Under the pieces are notes generated by a model. It searched no databases. It was not told where the DNA came from and was given only the letters and a program-made list of their open reading frames with translations. The position numbers were made by a program, and so were the translations under genes. From the NCBI GenBank assembly GCA_050015395.1, contig JBEKBM010000006.1, forward strand, positions 51,235-115,234: a DNA stretch of 64,000 bases. Direction: 5' to 3'. Shown here in pieces: positions 19,100 to 29,538 of the stretch. This DNA comes from Candidatus Bathyarchaeia archaeon. Its GTDB lineage: Archaea > Thermoproteota > Bathyarchaeia > Bathyarchaeales > Bathycorpusculaceae. Position 1 is the stretch's first letter, and every line of letters begins with the position of its first letter.

Positions 19100-20234
19100 T
19101 TTGTTGTATGTCACTTTTCGGTGCTTCAGTTCTCCAGTCGGGGGCAGCCTTTTTCCTTAAAACAAACACTTGGATTGAACCAATAATTATTAACACCATC
19201 CATATGTTGGAATAGAAAAAGTAGTAAACGAATAATTCGTGAAGTTTCATTTCCCTAAAACCAAGTTTTCTTGAGAAACCGTAGAAAACAGCGGCAGTTA
19301 ACACAAAACTGGATAGCGAAATAATTAATATCTTAAGTAAGTTTGCGGTTGCAAGGGAAACTAGGAAAACTGGCATTAAAATGTTGAATTTTACTGACAA
19401 AAACAGTGAGAATACCAGCAGTGAATTGTACATCCAGAGGTTTGGCATTAGAACGCTTATGAAGAAAATGGCGACGGAAGGGTAAAGGAAGAATAAGCTT
19501 GGCAGAAAAACTTGAGGTTTCTTAATAAATTTTTTTCCTAAATCACGATGCCAACGTTCCAACCACAACGCTTGACCTATTGCCCATCTTCGGCGCTGCT
19601 TAAACCATTTTCTCCATTCGGAGTAAACAACGTTTTTTACTTCAACGTCGGTGGTGTATGCGAAACTGCTGCCTTCGAGGAAAGCTCTTGTTGCAATGTC
19701 AATGTCTTCGGCAACAACCTTGTGGAAACCGCCAACTTTCTCGAACATTTCTCGCTTAATCGCAAACGCTGCACCGTTCACAGCAGGACACTTATGCATG
19801 TACCTTGACGATAACCAAGTGCTAATGTTAAACGTAAAATATTCATAATAAGCCATCTTGGACAAAAATGATTTCCCTTTTGAAACCTTCTTTTTTATAT
19901 CAAGCACATCAGCCAGCTGCATTTCCATAATAATTTTTCTCAAAAAATCAGGATCATCACTTATTTCAACATCGGAATCAAGGAAAAGCAGCACTTTTCC
20001 CGAAGACAACTTAGCAGTGCTATTTAGTGCGTTTGCCTTCCCAATACGCTCTTTGTTAACAATGAATTTGATGTTATCGTTCTCTAACTGTTTTATTTTT
20101 TCGGAAAAATCTTGGGTTGGCTCATCAATTGTTACAAAAATTTCTTTTGTTACGTTTTGAGAACTTAGTTTATTTAGCATGGACGCTAGCTGGTTCGATT
20201 CTTTGTAAACTGGGATGAAGATGCTGATGTCCAC
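19071..20234 (-). CDS. GT2 glycosyltransferase with C-terminal TM helices
   Basis: IPVYKE, GKANALN, DSD, AEDID, QRRRW. Confidence 0.9.
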   Translation of the reverse strand: MDISIFIPVYKESNQLASMLNKLSSQNVTKEIFVTIDEPTQDFSEKIKQLENDNIKFIVNKERIGKANALNSTAKLSSGKVLLFLDSDVEISDDPDFLRKIIMEMQLADVLDIKKKVSKGKSFLSKMAYYEYFTFNISTWLSSRYMHKCPAVNGAAFAIKREMFEKVGGFHKVVAEDIDIATRAFLEGSSFAYTTDVEVKNVVYSEWRKWFKQRRRWAIGQALWLERWHRDLGKKFIKKPQVFLPSLFFLYPSVAIFFISVLMPNLWMYNSLLVFSLFLSVKFNILMPVFLVSLATANLLKILIISLSSFVLTAAVFYGFSRKLGFREMKLHELFVYYFFYSNIWMVLIIIGSIQVFVLRKKAAPDWRTEAPKSDIQQINPSSLPVP

Positions 20235-20432
20235 AGCCAGTCCTCAATTATTAAGCATAAATCCAAATGTTTTATTTTCAAACGGGTTTTTAAATTATTC
20301 TAGAAAAAAGGGAGCATGCAAGGTATGGAAGGGTGAAAAAGTAGGATTTGCTCTAATTATACGCAACGGGATCCCATACCTTGATTGCAAGAAATAAGAA
20401 GAAAATGATTTTGCATGCTTTAACGTTGCTGG

Positions 20433-20963
20433 CTACTGCATGCTAACCAGATTTTTTACCTCAGTTTTTGAAATTGGGCCAATTCTGTACAGAATCTCAG
20501 GTTCATGACCGTCGTTTTCGAAGTCTTCTTCGTTAAACAACACATTTTCTTCGCATTTGGTGTTTAGTAATTGAGCTAATTCACAGAAATTTCTTTTAGA
20601 TGCTTCATTTGAAGGGTTTACGGTGCCTTCAAAATATTTTGCGCCTGTTATGCTGATTTGATGAAGAAGCATGCGTTTTTGCAAGCCGTTTCCCCGGTAA
20701 TCTTTGTGAACCACTACTTCCCAGTTGAAAAAGGTGTCTGGCCTGTCTGGTGGTACATATCCTGAAGAAAAAGCGATTATTTTGTTATTCTGTTCGGTAA
20801 CGACGCAGGTATCTGAGAAATCTTTAGCCAAAAGAAAATAGGTATATCGAGAATTTAACCCTACGTAAGGTCTATTCGCTACAAGCAGTTTGTACACTTC
20901 TTTTATGTCCGACAACACTATGTTTCTGATTCTAAATTTCAAGTATTCTTTAATTCTCTGCAT
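20433..20963 (-). CDS. GNAT acetyltransferase resembling EctA (diaminobutyrate acetyltransferase)
   Basis: [30 protein letters not shown]...[25 protein letters not shown]. Confidence 0.8.
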   Translation of the reverse strand: MQRIKEYLKFRIRNIVLSDIKEVYKLLVANRPYVGLNSRYTYFLLAKDFSDTCVVTEQNNKIIAFSSGYVPPDRPDTFFNWEVVVHKDYRGNGLQKRMLLHQISITGAKYFEGTVNPSNEASKRNFCELAQLLNTKCEENVLFNEEDFENDGHEPEILYRIGPISKTEVKNLVSMQ

Positions 20964-22311
20964 TCAGAATGCACGTTCCTTTGCTTTTTTCTCTTCGTTT
21001 CATTCGAAGGTTTCCTTTTGGTATGAGCGATATTTCATCGTCGTCGGTTAACAATTTTTCAACGCCTACCGCTGTTTGCTCCTCTTCCTCTAATTTTAGC
21101 TGCAAACCGCATTTGTTACAGTTCCTGTCACATGGAATTGATTTGTAGTCGTCAGGTTCTTTGTATGTGGTGATGACGCCTTCATAGTTTCTTAAGACCA
21201 CTTTATTAGTGGACCATGAGACAATGTAGTTTGGCATAAGGGGAATTTTTCCTCCACCTCCAGGAGCATCTATAACGTATTTTGGTACTGCAAGCCCGCT
21301 TGTGTGCCCTACTAGGCTTTCCATGATTTCGATGCCTTTTCCGATGGGTGTTCGAAAATGAGTTAGCCCTTCTGATAGGTCGCATTGGAACAAGTAATAT
21401 GGTCGCACTCTATTTTGTACAAGCTTTTGATTGAGCTTTTTCATAATTTGCGGGCAATCGTTTACACCTGCCAGTAGCACGGATTGGTTTCCTAATGGTA
21501 TTCCCGCATCTGCTAACTTTCTGAGAGCTTCTCGAGAAGATAGTGTAAGTTCTCTTGGATGATTGAAATGAGTGTTCAACCACAAGGGATGATGTTTTTT
21601 AAGCATTTGCACTAGCTCGTCAGTTATTCTATAGGGAAGAACAACAGGTATTCTTGAGCCAATGCGCACCACTTCGATATGTGGAATGCTGTTTAGCTCT
21701 GTTAGAATCCAATCTAGATAATCATCCGGCAACATGAGAGGGTCTCCTCCCGAAAGCAGCACATCGCGTATCTGAGGATTGTTTTCTATGTAGCGAATTC
21801 CTTGGATTATTTGGTGCTTTGAAGGGATGTGGTCAGGGTCGCCAACCTTTCTTTTCCGCGTACAGTGTCTACAGTACATTGCGCAACGGTTACTAACCAG
21901 AAAAAGTACTCTGTCAGGGTATCGATGGGTAATTCCCTTGGTTGGGCTGTCTTTGTCTTCATGTAGGGGGTCTTTCATGTCGTATTTTGAGATTTTTAGT
22001 TCAGCTGGATTAGGAAACGCTTGCTTAAATATGGGGTCATTACGGTAATTTTCTTTTTTTATTAATGATGCATAATATGGCGTTATGCTGAGTGGAAATT
22101 TGCTAATTGTATTTTCGAGTTCTTCATGTTCTTCTTCTGTGAATGTAATACCTGTAAACTTTTCAAAAGCAGCAACAGTTTTTATCGAATTATTCAGTTG
22201 CCATTTATAGTCTTTCCACTTAGTAACAGTAATATTTGCTTCAGCATTTTTAGCGGCGTATTCTTGATAGCTGATGATGTTTTCAGTTTTTTCAACAACC
22301 AATTGTTTCAT
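20950..22311 (-). CDS. ablA: Lysine 2,3-aminomutase (AblA/KamA)
   Basis: [66 protein letters not shown]; likely ATG at 22311. Confidence 0.93.
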   Translation of the reverse strand: MKQLVVEKTENIISYQEYAAKNAEANITVTKWKDYKWQLNNSIKTVAAFEKFTGITFTEEEHEELENTISKFPLSITPYYASLIKKENYRNDPIFKQAFPNPAELKISKYDMKDPLHEDKDSPTKGITHRYPDRVLFLVSNRCAMYCRHCTRKRKVGDPDHIPSKHQIIQGIRYIENNPQIRDVLLSGGDPLMLPDDYLDWILTELNSIPHIEVVRIGSRIPVVLPYRITDELVQMLKKHHPLWLNTHFNHPRELTLSSREALRKLADAGIPLGNQSVLLAGVNDCPQIMKKLNQKLVQNRVRPYYLFQCDLSEGLTHFRTPIGKGIEIMESLVGHTSGLAVPKYVIDAPGGGGKIPLMPNYIVSWSTNKVVLRNYEGVITTYKEPDDYKSIPCDRNCNKCGLQLKLEEEEQTAVGVEKLLTDDDEISLIPKGNLRMKRREKSKGTCILNAEN

Positions 22312-22580
22312 CTCCGCCAAGCGCTTTCTTACCATTTTCAATAAACATTTTAAGATTTTATAGCTTTTTGACAACTGAAATTCGCCAAAAAGTCAAATCC
22401 GCTTAAGGACAACGAACAAACTGCACTTCGCAAATAAGTCAAGTTCTCTTAACAAAGCCACATACATCCCGAAAAAACCGTCAGCATTTAGCAAGATTAT
22501 TCTTGTTTAGCTTTGTCAGGTTTTTTCTTCTATTATTTATCGTTAGATTATTATTTAAGGTGAAGAATGCTATTGGCGGT

Positions 22581-23585
22581 ATGACTCGCGTTAAGGCTTT
22601 AGGTTTACTTTCAGGCGGATTAGACAGCATTCTTGCTACAGAAATGATTCTAAAGCAAGGCATCGAAGTAGTAGCCTTTAACGTCAAGACTCCCTTTTGC
22701 ATTCCTAAGAAAGACGGAACCAGTGAAGCAGCCGAAGCCGCGAACCAGTTAAAAGTTCCACTCAAAGTAGTCAGCGTCGACAAGGATTATTTGCAAATGC
22801 TTCGCAACCCCAAGTACGGTTACGGCAAAAACATGAATCCTTGCATCGACTGCAAAATCTTCATGATAAAAAAAGCCAAAAAATACGCCAAAGAAATTGG
22901 CGCAGACTTCCTCTTCACAGGCGAGGTTCTTGGTGAAAGACCAAAATCCCAGCATTATCCTGCACTGCGGGTTATTGAAGAAGAAGCGGGTTTGAAAGGT
23001 GAACTGTTGAGGCCTTTGTCGGCGAAGTTGCTGCCTGAAACGGTTGCTGAAAAGAAAGGCTTAGTTGACAGAGCTAAACTCGTTAATATTCAGGGCAGGT
23101 CAAGGAAGCCTCAGTTCGAACTTGCAAGGGAATTCGGAATCAAAAGTTACCCTTCTCCGGCTGGCGGATGCTTGCTAACATGCGAAGAATACTCAAAGAA
23201 GCTACGAGACCTGTTTGCCAACAAAAAACGCGTTTCTATGGCTGATGTGGCCTTGCTTAGGGTAGGCAGACACTTCAGGCTGGCTAAAAACAAGATAATC
23301 GTCGGAAGAAACGAGGCGGAAAACAAGCTTTTAACCGTTAGAAAAACAAAAAGCGAATACTATTTTGAACTGCCCGAAATTGTCGGTCCAATAACGATTT
23401 TGCAGGGACCGAAAACCAAAAAAGCCATTGAAACAGCCGCCAAACTAACCGCGTACTATTCAGATGCTAAAACTGGCAAAGTTAAAGTAAATTTTGGCAG
23501 AGAAGCCCTCAACAAGTCACTAACCGTCTCAGTTCCAGATGCTGCCGACGTGGAAAAACTAAGGGTTGGCAACGTAAAGAACTGA
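22581..23585 (+). CDS. PP-loop tRNA thiouridylase-like protein (ThiI-like catalytic domain, no THUMP; DUF814-like C-terminus)
   Basis: SGGLDS, NPCIDCK, TGEVLGERP, PAGGCLLT, GRHFR, VGRN. Confidence 0.8.
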   Translation: MTRVKALGLLSGGLDSILATEMILKQGIEVVAFNVKTPFCIPKKDGTSEAAEAANQLKVPLKVVSVDKDYLQMLRNPKYGYGKNMNPCIDCKIFMIKKAKKYAKEIGADFLFTGEVLGERPKSQHYPALRVIEEEAGLKGELLRPLSAKLLPETVAEKKGLVDRAKLVNIQGRSRKPQFELAREFGIKSYPSPAGGCLLTCEEYSKKLRDLFANKKRVSMADVALLRVGRHFRLAKNKIIVGRNEAENKLLTVRKTKSEYYFELPEIVGPITILQGPKTKKAIETAAKLTAYYSDAKTGKVKVNFGREALNKSLTVSVPDAADVEKLRVGNVKN

Positions 23586-23676
23586 ACGCTTCTTAAGGAA
23601 ACAAAAAATACGTTTTCCTTTAGTGGGGGCGATAGGTAAAATTATATTTAGATGTGTATCATTAAAGAGCCGAAAA

Positions 23677-23775
23677 GGGTCCGTGGCGCAGGACGGATAG
23701 CGCGTCAGCCTTCTAACGCCTATTTTGGGGTGTGAAGAGAGCTGAAAGTCATGGGTTCAAATCCCATCGGACCCG
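23677..23775 (+). tRNA. tRNA-Arg(TCT) with a 24-nt intron (23716-23739) at position 37/38
   Basis: Acceptor GGGTCCG/CGGACCC, anticodon stem TCAGC/GCTGA, anticodon TCT at 23712-23714, T-arm GGTTCAAATCC, BHB-like CTTC/GAAG helix. Confidence 0.93.
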
Positions 23776-24131
23776 CTTTTTGCGCTTTACTTGCTCGTTT
23801 CTTGCGTTTTTTCGGCAAGAATTCTTATAGTACTGCTTTATGGAGATTCTTCACCAAAGATTGACGGGCACCTACAGTCGCAGTTCATCGCGCTCAAGTC
23901 ATTATGATCGAGCAAGTAGGCGATCGAATATGGTTTCGTTTGATAAGCACTATAAAATGGGGGGACGCGGACCTGCTCGGGGCTAAGTCCGGTAGAGAAT
24001 AGCACCATTTAGGGTACGAAACCTTTTTGATTCAACGGGCGATTTTCACTCGTAAATCTATTTAACAAATGCCTTTTATCATGAAGATTCTACACATAAA
24101 TTCTCTCGTTAAAATCAAAGGAGACAAAAAC

Positions 24132-24293
24132 ATGGCAAAATGTCCAAAGTGTGGAAAAGAAGTTCAACCTAAGAAAACCTGGAAGATGGCAGGCAAACCA
24201 GACAAAGCAGGAAAAAGAACAGAATTAACAATCGGCCTTTGCGAATGCTGCGGCAAAACCTTCAGAACAACATTAGGCAAAAAGAAAATATAG
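24132..24293 (+). CDS. Second Cren7-like small basic Zn-ribbon protein (53 aa)
   Basis: MAKCPKCGKEVQPKKTWKMAGKPDKAGKRTELTIGLCECCGKTFRTTLGKKKI; AGGAG RBS; paralog of 3594-3764. Confidence 0.8.
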   Translation: MAKCPKCGKEVQPKKTWKMAGKPDKAGKRTELTIGLCECCGKTFRTTLGKKKI

Positions 24294-24529
24294 CCCTCTG
24301 AAAAAATCAACCATTCTTCTCTTTTCTTTCCTTTAGAAAATTTTGCATTAGTACGTAAAAAATTAAGTGCTTTCCCATTTCATTTTCAATTTGTGTCTTC
24401 GAATACGGTTAAAGCATCGCCCTTTTCAATTTGCACGCCTTATTTGAAAGCCATCTAATATGCTTGTCGCGCTAAAATTTTCTAAGTCGCACGCGCAGGT
24501 TGAACTTCACTTGCTTTACGCATTTGCAC

Positions 24530-26173
24530 TTACCTTGCTATTTGCAGTAGATACTTGGGTAGCTTTCTGGCTAATGTTATCATGCCATTAATCGAATGAA
24601 AGTCGAGTTTCATCCCCTCACTAAAAGCTGTTAGAGGATCTTCGTGCATTTGTGCAAAGAAATTATTTAGCGATTCAATGCCAGCGTCAAATAGTCTGTT
24701 GGCTGCTTCCCTGTAAAGGGGGTTTGTTAATTCACTAAGTAGTTGGTCGCGAACTTTTTGGGAAAACCAAAGACTTTGTTGCCAAGAAATCCAGAACAGC
24801 TCCCAGACGGCCTTTGGCATTGCCTTCAAGTTTGGATAGCCTTGCTTCTCAAGAGGCGTGTTACTTATAGGGATCGAGAGGAGCGGAAATGTCCACGCCA
24901 TAGCCTTCATGTTTCTTAACTCACTCACGAGTTCTATTGTCTTGACTATGTCATCTTCGTTCTCATCTGGGAAGCCAACTATCATCGTGTAACAAGGGTA
25001 CCAATGATTTTCGTTCATTATTCTAGTAGCTTCAAGGGCTGTCTCAGGCCACTCTTGAGGCGTCCAGGGTCTAGGCTTTCCAGACATGTACTTAGCAATT
25101 ATTCTTGGGCTCCCGCTCTCTAATCCTACATCTGGAAATGTTGGATGCCTAAAATCAAAGCCGGCTATTTCGGATATCTCTTTGACTAAACTTGGGTCTT
25201 GTCTGACAGTGGCAATAGAAACATGAGGAAAAGTCACTGGCACATTGTACTTTTCTATTACAGTTCTGAAGAGTTTAGTGACGGTCTCATGGTTTACCCA
25301 TATGCCGTTTGCACCATATAGCAGTATGTCGTCACTTCTTAAATCAATGTGTTTTAAACCGTTTTTTACGTTAACTTTAATTTCCTCCAAAATTTTTTCA
25401 AGAGGCATGCTTCTGAATTCCAGCGTAGCCGGCGAGCAGAACTGGCACCCTCTTGGGCATCCTCGGGTAATCTGGACTGCGCCTAATCTAGACGGATTGA
25501 CAATAGCTGGAATTTCATCGACTGAGGGTGTTTCGCCGTAAACGATTGAGGGCGTTTTTTCACCATTGATTATGCTGCTGGCTAGTTGCGGAAAAGTGAC
25601 TTCGGCTTCGCCAAAAAACAGGGTATCTATGCCTAACGCTTTTTGGACTGTTGACAACTGCCAGACTCCTTGGCCTCCAACTATAAGCTTGAAATTGTAT
25701 TTTTTCTTGAGCGTTTTGACTTCTTTCATTAGGGTTAGAAACTCGACTTTTGTGCAAGAGTCTCCTCCGCCCAGAAGCGAGGCGAGCGTATAGGTGACTG
25801 GTGCCTTGCCTAGGGGGTCAACGACGCTTAAACCGACAATACATGTGTCCTTGGTAATTGCTCTACGTATTTTGTTTGGTGTCGTGACAATTACTTGTTT
25901 CCTTTCGAATCCTGCATTAAGAAGGGCTGCTTCCACCTTCCTTAGCGGATATGTTGCTATCCTGGCTCTTCCTCGACCGTCTGTCTCAGGAGGAGAGCCT
26001 AAGACTTTTTTCAAGAACGGCTCTGGCACAAGGCGGTATGGAACGCAATGACCAAAATCAAAGAAGGATATGCCACTGAAATTTGTCATAAGGGCTTGGT
26101 CAGCTGTTAGCACTATGGTTCGACTGTCGCTAACTCTTCTTTCGCTTTCATACGCACTTATTATGGGCATCAC
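24530..26173 (-). CDS. B12-binding-domain-type radical SAM protein (archaeal family)
   Basis: YPLRKVEAAL, VGGQG, GEAE, TRGCPRGCQFC, GLESGS, IVGFPDE. Confidence 0.85.
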   Translation of the reverse strand: MMPIISAYESERRVSDSRTIVLTADQALMTNFSGISFFDFGHCVPYRLVPEPFLKKVLGSPPETDGRGRARIATYPLRKVEAALLNAGFERKQVIVTTPNKIRRAITKDTCIVGLSVVDPLGKAPVTYTLASLLGGGDSCTKVEFLTLMKEVKTLKKKYNFKLIVGGQGVWQLSTVQKALGIDTLFFGEAEVTFPQLASSIINGEKTPSIVYGETPSVDEIPAIVNPSRLGAVQITRGCPRGCQFCSPATLEFRSMPLEKILEEIKVNVKNGLKHIDLRSDDILLYGANGIWVNHETVTKLFRTVIEKYNVPVTFPHVSIATVRQDPSLVKEISEIAGFDFRHPTFPDVGLESGSPRIIAKYMSGKPRPWTPQEWPETALEATRIMNENHWYPCYTMIVGFPDENEDDIVKTIELVSELRNMKAMAWTFPLLSIPISNTPLEKQGYPNLKAMPKAVWELFWISWQQSLWFSQKVRDQLLSELTNPLYREAANRLFDAGIESLNNFFAQMHEDPLTAFSEGMKLDFHSINGMITLARKLPKYLLQIAR

Positions 26174-26640
26174 CTTGTAACGAAACTATAGAGGCGACCA
26201 AACGCTAGCCCCTGCATTCTCGTAAGTGCAGAAGAGCGCCACATTTTTTGATTCCTTTTTTACCCTGCAAATAAGTTAATATTTGCCCTAAATGTGTTCC
26301 TTTAACATCTCCGTCCTTTTTACCTCTGCCTAAAGCATCAGTAACATGCTTAATTTCAGACGCAATTAATCATCTCTTACTAAAACAATTATTATACATG
26401 AAGCATTATTAATTAACTTTGGAATTACTGAAAAAACTCTCCAGCCTTCTTTCAGATAACTATTAACTCTATCTTGAAAGTCTATTAATTTCTCTGGTAC
26501 AGTAACATAAGTATTAACTTCTTTAAATGATTTCAATAGCGCGATGGCATGGGAAATGTTAAACGAGCTGGACGCTCATGCCATTTTAGCGCGCGGCGCG
26601 CTTCTGCAATAAACTACCTTTAAGATGGAAGGTGATAGGA

Positions 26641-26778
26641 ATGCCTGAAGAGAAGAAAAAAGTTGAAAATGCTGCTGAAAAAACTGGAGAAGAAGTCGGC
26701 AAAGGCATCAGGAAAAGCGCCAAAGCCGTAAATGACCTTGGAAAAGGAATAAAGAAAGAACTCAAGAAAAAAGAATAA
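26641..26778 (+). CDS. Small Lys/Glu/Gly-rich hydrophilin-like peptide (45 aa; not in ORF track)
   Basis: MPEEKKKVENAAEKTGEEVGKGIRKSAKAVNDLGKGIKKELKKKE; GGTGA RBS upstream. Confidence 0.7.
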   Translation: MPEEKKKVENAAEKTGEEVGKGIRKSAKAVNDLGKGIKKELKKKE

Positions 26779-26942
26779 AGAAAGCAAAATTCCCCTTTCT
26801 CACAAACAAAAAAGAAAAGTACTTGTTATTATCTATGTGAATTCGCAGAGTTCAAACTGTTCTTGGAGGATAGGGACAGGTTTCCAACCATTCTGTTGAA
26901 GAAAAAAACATTCACCATTATGTTGAGAACTTTTGGTTAGGG

Positions 26943-27047
26943 ATGAGAATCTATCGTGGCTTTATCTCAAACTTATTTGACGTTAAGGCTCCTCTGTTTT
27001 GCGGACATAAATTGACTTACAACTGCAATCTCCAATGTAACGTGCGC
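26943..27047 (+). pseudogene. 5' remnant of a homolog of the adjacent radical SAM gene
   Basis: MRIYRGFISNLFDVKAPLFCGHKLTYNCNLQCNVR versus LRLYRGLLLNSFGVKAPLFGGHKLTYNCNLKCKMC. Confidence 0.8.
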
Positions 27048-27066
27048 GCTAATAATAAAATTTTAA

Positions 27067-28083
27067 TTGAGGTTGAAATTTTTGAAAAATAAGGCACACA
27101 ACTATCAGGAAACAGTAAGGATAGGTCTTAGACTATATCGTGGATTACTTTTAAACTCGTTCGGAGTAAAAGCTCCATTGTTTGGTGGACATAAGTTAAC
27201 TTATAACTGTAACCTTAAGTGTAAAATGTGCCCCTTCTGGAAAAGATCCAGCGAAAATTTAAGCACCCAAAAGGAAAAAGAAATTCTAAAGCAAATTTAC
27301 GATTCAGGTGTTTGCGCTATTGGGTTTGAAGGTGGAGAGCCGCTCTTGAGAAAAGACTTGACTGAAATTCTAGCCTATTCTCGTTCTCTGCCTCTACATA
27401 CAAGCCTTGTCACCAATGGCACGCTCCTCAAATCAAGGATAGATGAAATAGCACCATACATCAACGGTATCGTCTTTGTTTCATTAGATGGTCTGGAGAA
27501 AACTCATGACCTGATAAGAGGTGTTAATGGCTGTTTCAAAGAAGCGCTACAGGGCATAACTGCAGCCAAAAGGAAGGTTTCTGTAACAATCAATATGACC
27601 ATAATGGCTGATAACATCCATGAAGTAGAAGATACGGTGAAATTGGCAAAGGATTTAGGTGTAAGAATCATATTGTCGGTAGCTCATGAGTACCATAACA
27701 TTGATGCGTCTGCACCTCAAGCCGATGAAATTAAAAAGATTGCTAAACAGCTTATTGAATTAAAAAGAAAAGGCTATCCTATTATGAATTCAACTAATTA
27801 TTTTAAAGTAATAGCTAAAGAAAAGAACTGGAAATGCAAACCATGGTCGATTATCAATATTGGTACAGATGGCCGGTTGGTTCTGCCTTGTTACGTTCAT
27901 AATCAGTACGAGACGAGCGCTTCTGTTTTTGAGAATAGCATTAAAGCGGCCACTTCAAGTTTTGATTGGAAAGTAACGCATAACTGTGTAAAATGCAATC
28001 TTCATTGTTACGTGGAGCCTTCTCTTGTGCTTTCATGGGATTTGCGCAGCTGGATAGATTGGGCTTTCCCAGTTAGAACGTGA
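27067..28083 (+). CDS. Radical SAM protein with C-terminal Cys cluster (PTO1314-like)
   Basis: CNLKCKMC, FEGGEPLL, VTNG, VSLDG, CKPW...LPCY...CVKCNLHCYVEPS. Confidence 0.85.
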   Translation: MRLKFLKNKAHNYQETVRIGLRLYRGLLLNSFGVKAPLFGGHKLTYNCNLKCKMCPFWKRSSENLSTQKEKEILKQIYDSGVCAIGFEGGEPLLRKDLTEILAYSRSLPLHTSLVTNGTLLKSRIDEIAPYINGIVFVSLDGLEKTHDLIRGVNGCFKEALQGITAAKRKVSVTINMTIMADNIHEVEDTVKLAKDLGVRIILSVAHEYHNIDASAPQADEIKKIAKQLIELKRKGYPIMNSTNYFKVIAKEKNWKCKPWSIINIGTDGRLVLPCYVHNQYETSASVFENSIKAATSSFDWKVTHNCVKCNLHCYVEPSLVLSWDLRSWIDWAFPVRT

Positions 28084-28517
28084 TATTGGTAAATTTTAAT
28101 TCCAGTGAGTTAGTAGAATAGGCTGGTGTGTTGGTTGTAACCCGTTAGAACGGGTGATGTCACCCAACTTCTTCCCATTTTTTCAGTTGGACGGTCTTTC
28201 TATTTAACAAGGCCATCAAATGGTTGAGTTCACGCATAATCCAAAAGAAGAGAGCTTCAATCTTCCATAAGTTTTGTATAGTTCGAGTTAACGGCAACCT
28301 GCACCAACCTTTACTAGCGCGCGGGTAAGCCCAGTCCGGCCCACTCCTAATTGGAAGTGAGTCCTGACGGTGGTTTTATAAACCCTGAACTGCAGTTTCT
28401 TCTTATGCTGAAAAAACCGAGTTATCAAAGCAGGAAAGATGGTTGCAAGCACAATAGCACAAAAAATTAAGAAAAAAGTAACGACTAACAATTAATCCAA
28501 CCCGAGGGTTCAAACGC

Positions 28518-28543
28518 GGGTTCAAACCTATACGGACCCGCCA
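28518..28543 (+). repeat. Degenerate tRNA 3'-end fragment (att-like), resembling the tRNA-Arg 3' end
   Basis: GGGTTCAAAcctataCGGACCCGCca versus tRNA-Arg GGGTTCAAAtcccatCGGACCCGC. Confidence 0.6.
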
Positions 28544-28775
28544 TGTTCCGCACTCTTTCTAAGCATGGAACCCAACAACCTCGCATCGTTCCAAATACAG
28601 AACTGAAGAGACTTAATGTGCTCCGCTCTCTTTCTGGTTTTGCGTTTTTGATGATGAGAAAGCATATGGGAACATTAATTTGGCAAGTGTTAAATGGTCA
28701 CGTTAACATTCACAGCCCGGGAGTTAAAAGTCCATAGACAAGTTTTATAATGGTGTTTGCCTTAATCAACGAAAC

Positions 28776-29066
28776 ATGAAAATGCCTCTCGAAAGAAAAA
28801 TTCTTGTAATAAAAGTTACCGGGGAAATGCTATTCTTATTTGGTCTTCTCGCGTGGGCTAATGGAGTATTGATTCAGTTTACTCATCCCATGGTGCTGGC
28901 CATGCCCGTGTCGCATTTACTTCTCTGGATGAGAACAGACACCTTCACCATATTGTCCTTTCTAGTAAGCGCTCTCGGATTCTTCATGTGGAGACTATCC
29001 GCTGAACTAATCAAGTTTGAGAAAGACAAAGCGTCTGATAAGTCGTCTGGCGCATCGAACGTATAA
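28776..29066 (+). CDS. Small 2-TM membrane protein
   Basis: Two hydrophobic helices; TTTATAA box about 30 nt upstream. Confidence 0.65.
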   Translation: MKMPLERKILVIKVTGEMLFLFGLLAWANGVLIQFTHPMVLAMPVSHLLLWMRTDTFTILSFLVSALGFFMWRLSAELIKFEKDKASDKSSGASNV

Positions 29067-29538
29067 AGCCTTGTGCAGCACCGATAGAAAGCTAATTTTT
29101 ACTATGCTTGCATGTATTTATGAGAATTAGTTTTGGATTAAGCAGTATCTACATCGTAGTCCAAAAGCTAAATACAGCAAACCGCTGGCTATCGCTATTA
29201 TTCCAAGCACACTTGCTAGGTAAATTATATTCGACTTTCCAGCAACTTTGACAAGAAAGTCAATCAAGAACAAACTTACAGGAATCTGGCGTGAAAGACT
29301 TTTACGGAAGGAGAAAAGCGCCCATGTTTGGTTGAACTTAGTCGCGTCTGACGCCATGCTAATTCTTAGCAGTTTTCCTCGACAAATAACAAAACACTCA
29401 AACTGACTTTTCAAACATAAATCTATATGCGGGTTATTAACATATAGAAAAAAGAGAATATGAACCCTTGATTGATGCTCCAAGTATGCTCTCTTGTAAT
29501 GGACACAGACGTTTCTGGCGCACCCTTAAAAAAAGGGG

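Noticed and set aside
28139-28385. Small hairpins (ACCCGT/ACGGGT, GGGTGA/TCACCC) and a GC-rich patch
   Set aside because: Stems are short and mutually overlapping, with no hammerhead, C/D or tRNA consensus. Not enough to call an RNA.
29127-29483. 118-aa minus-strand ORF
   Set aside because: Only the hydrophobic 3' part looks coding; no convincing start. Possibly a fragment.
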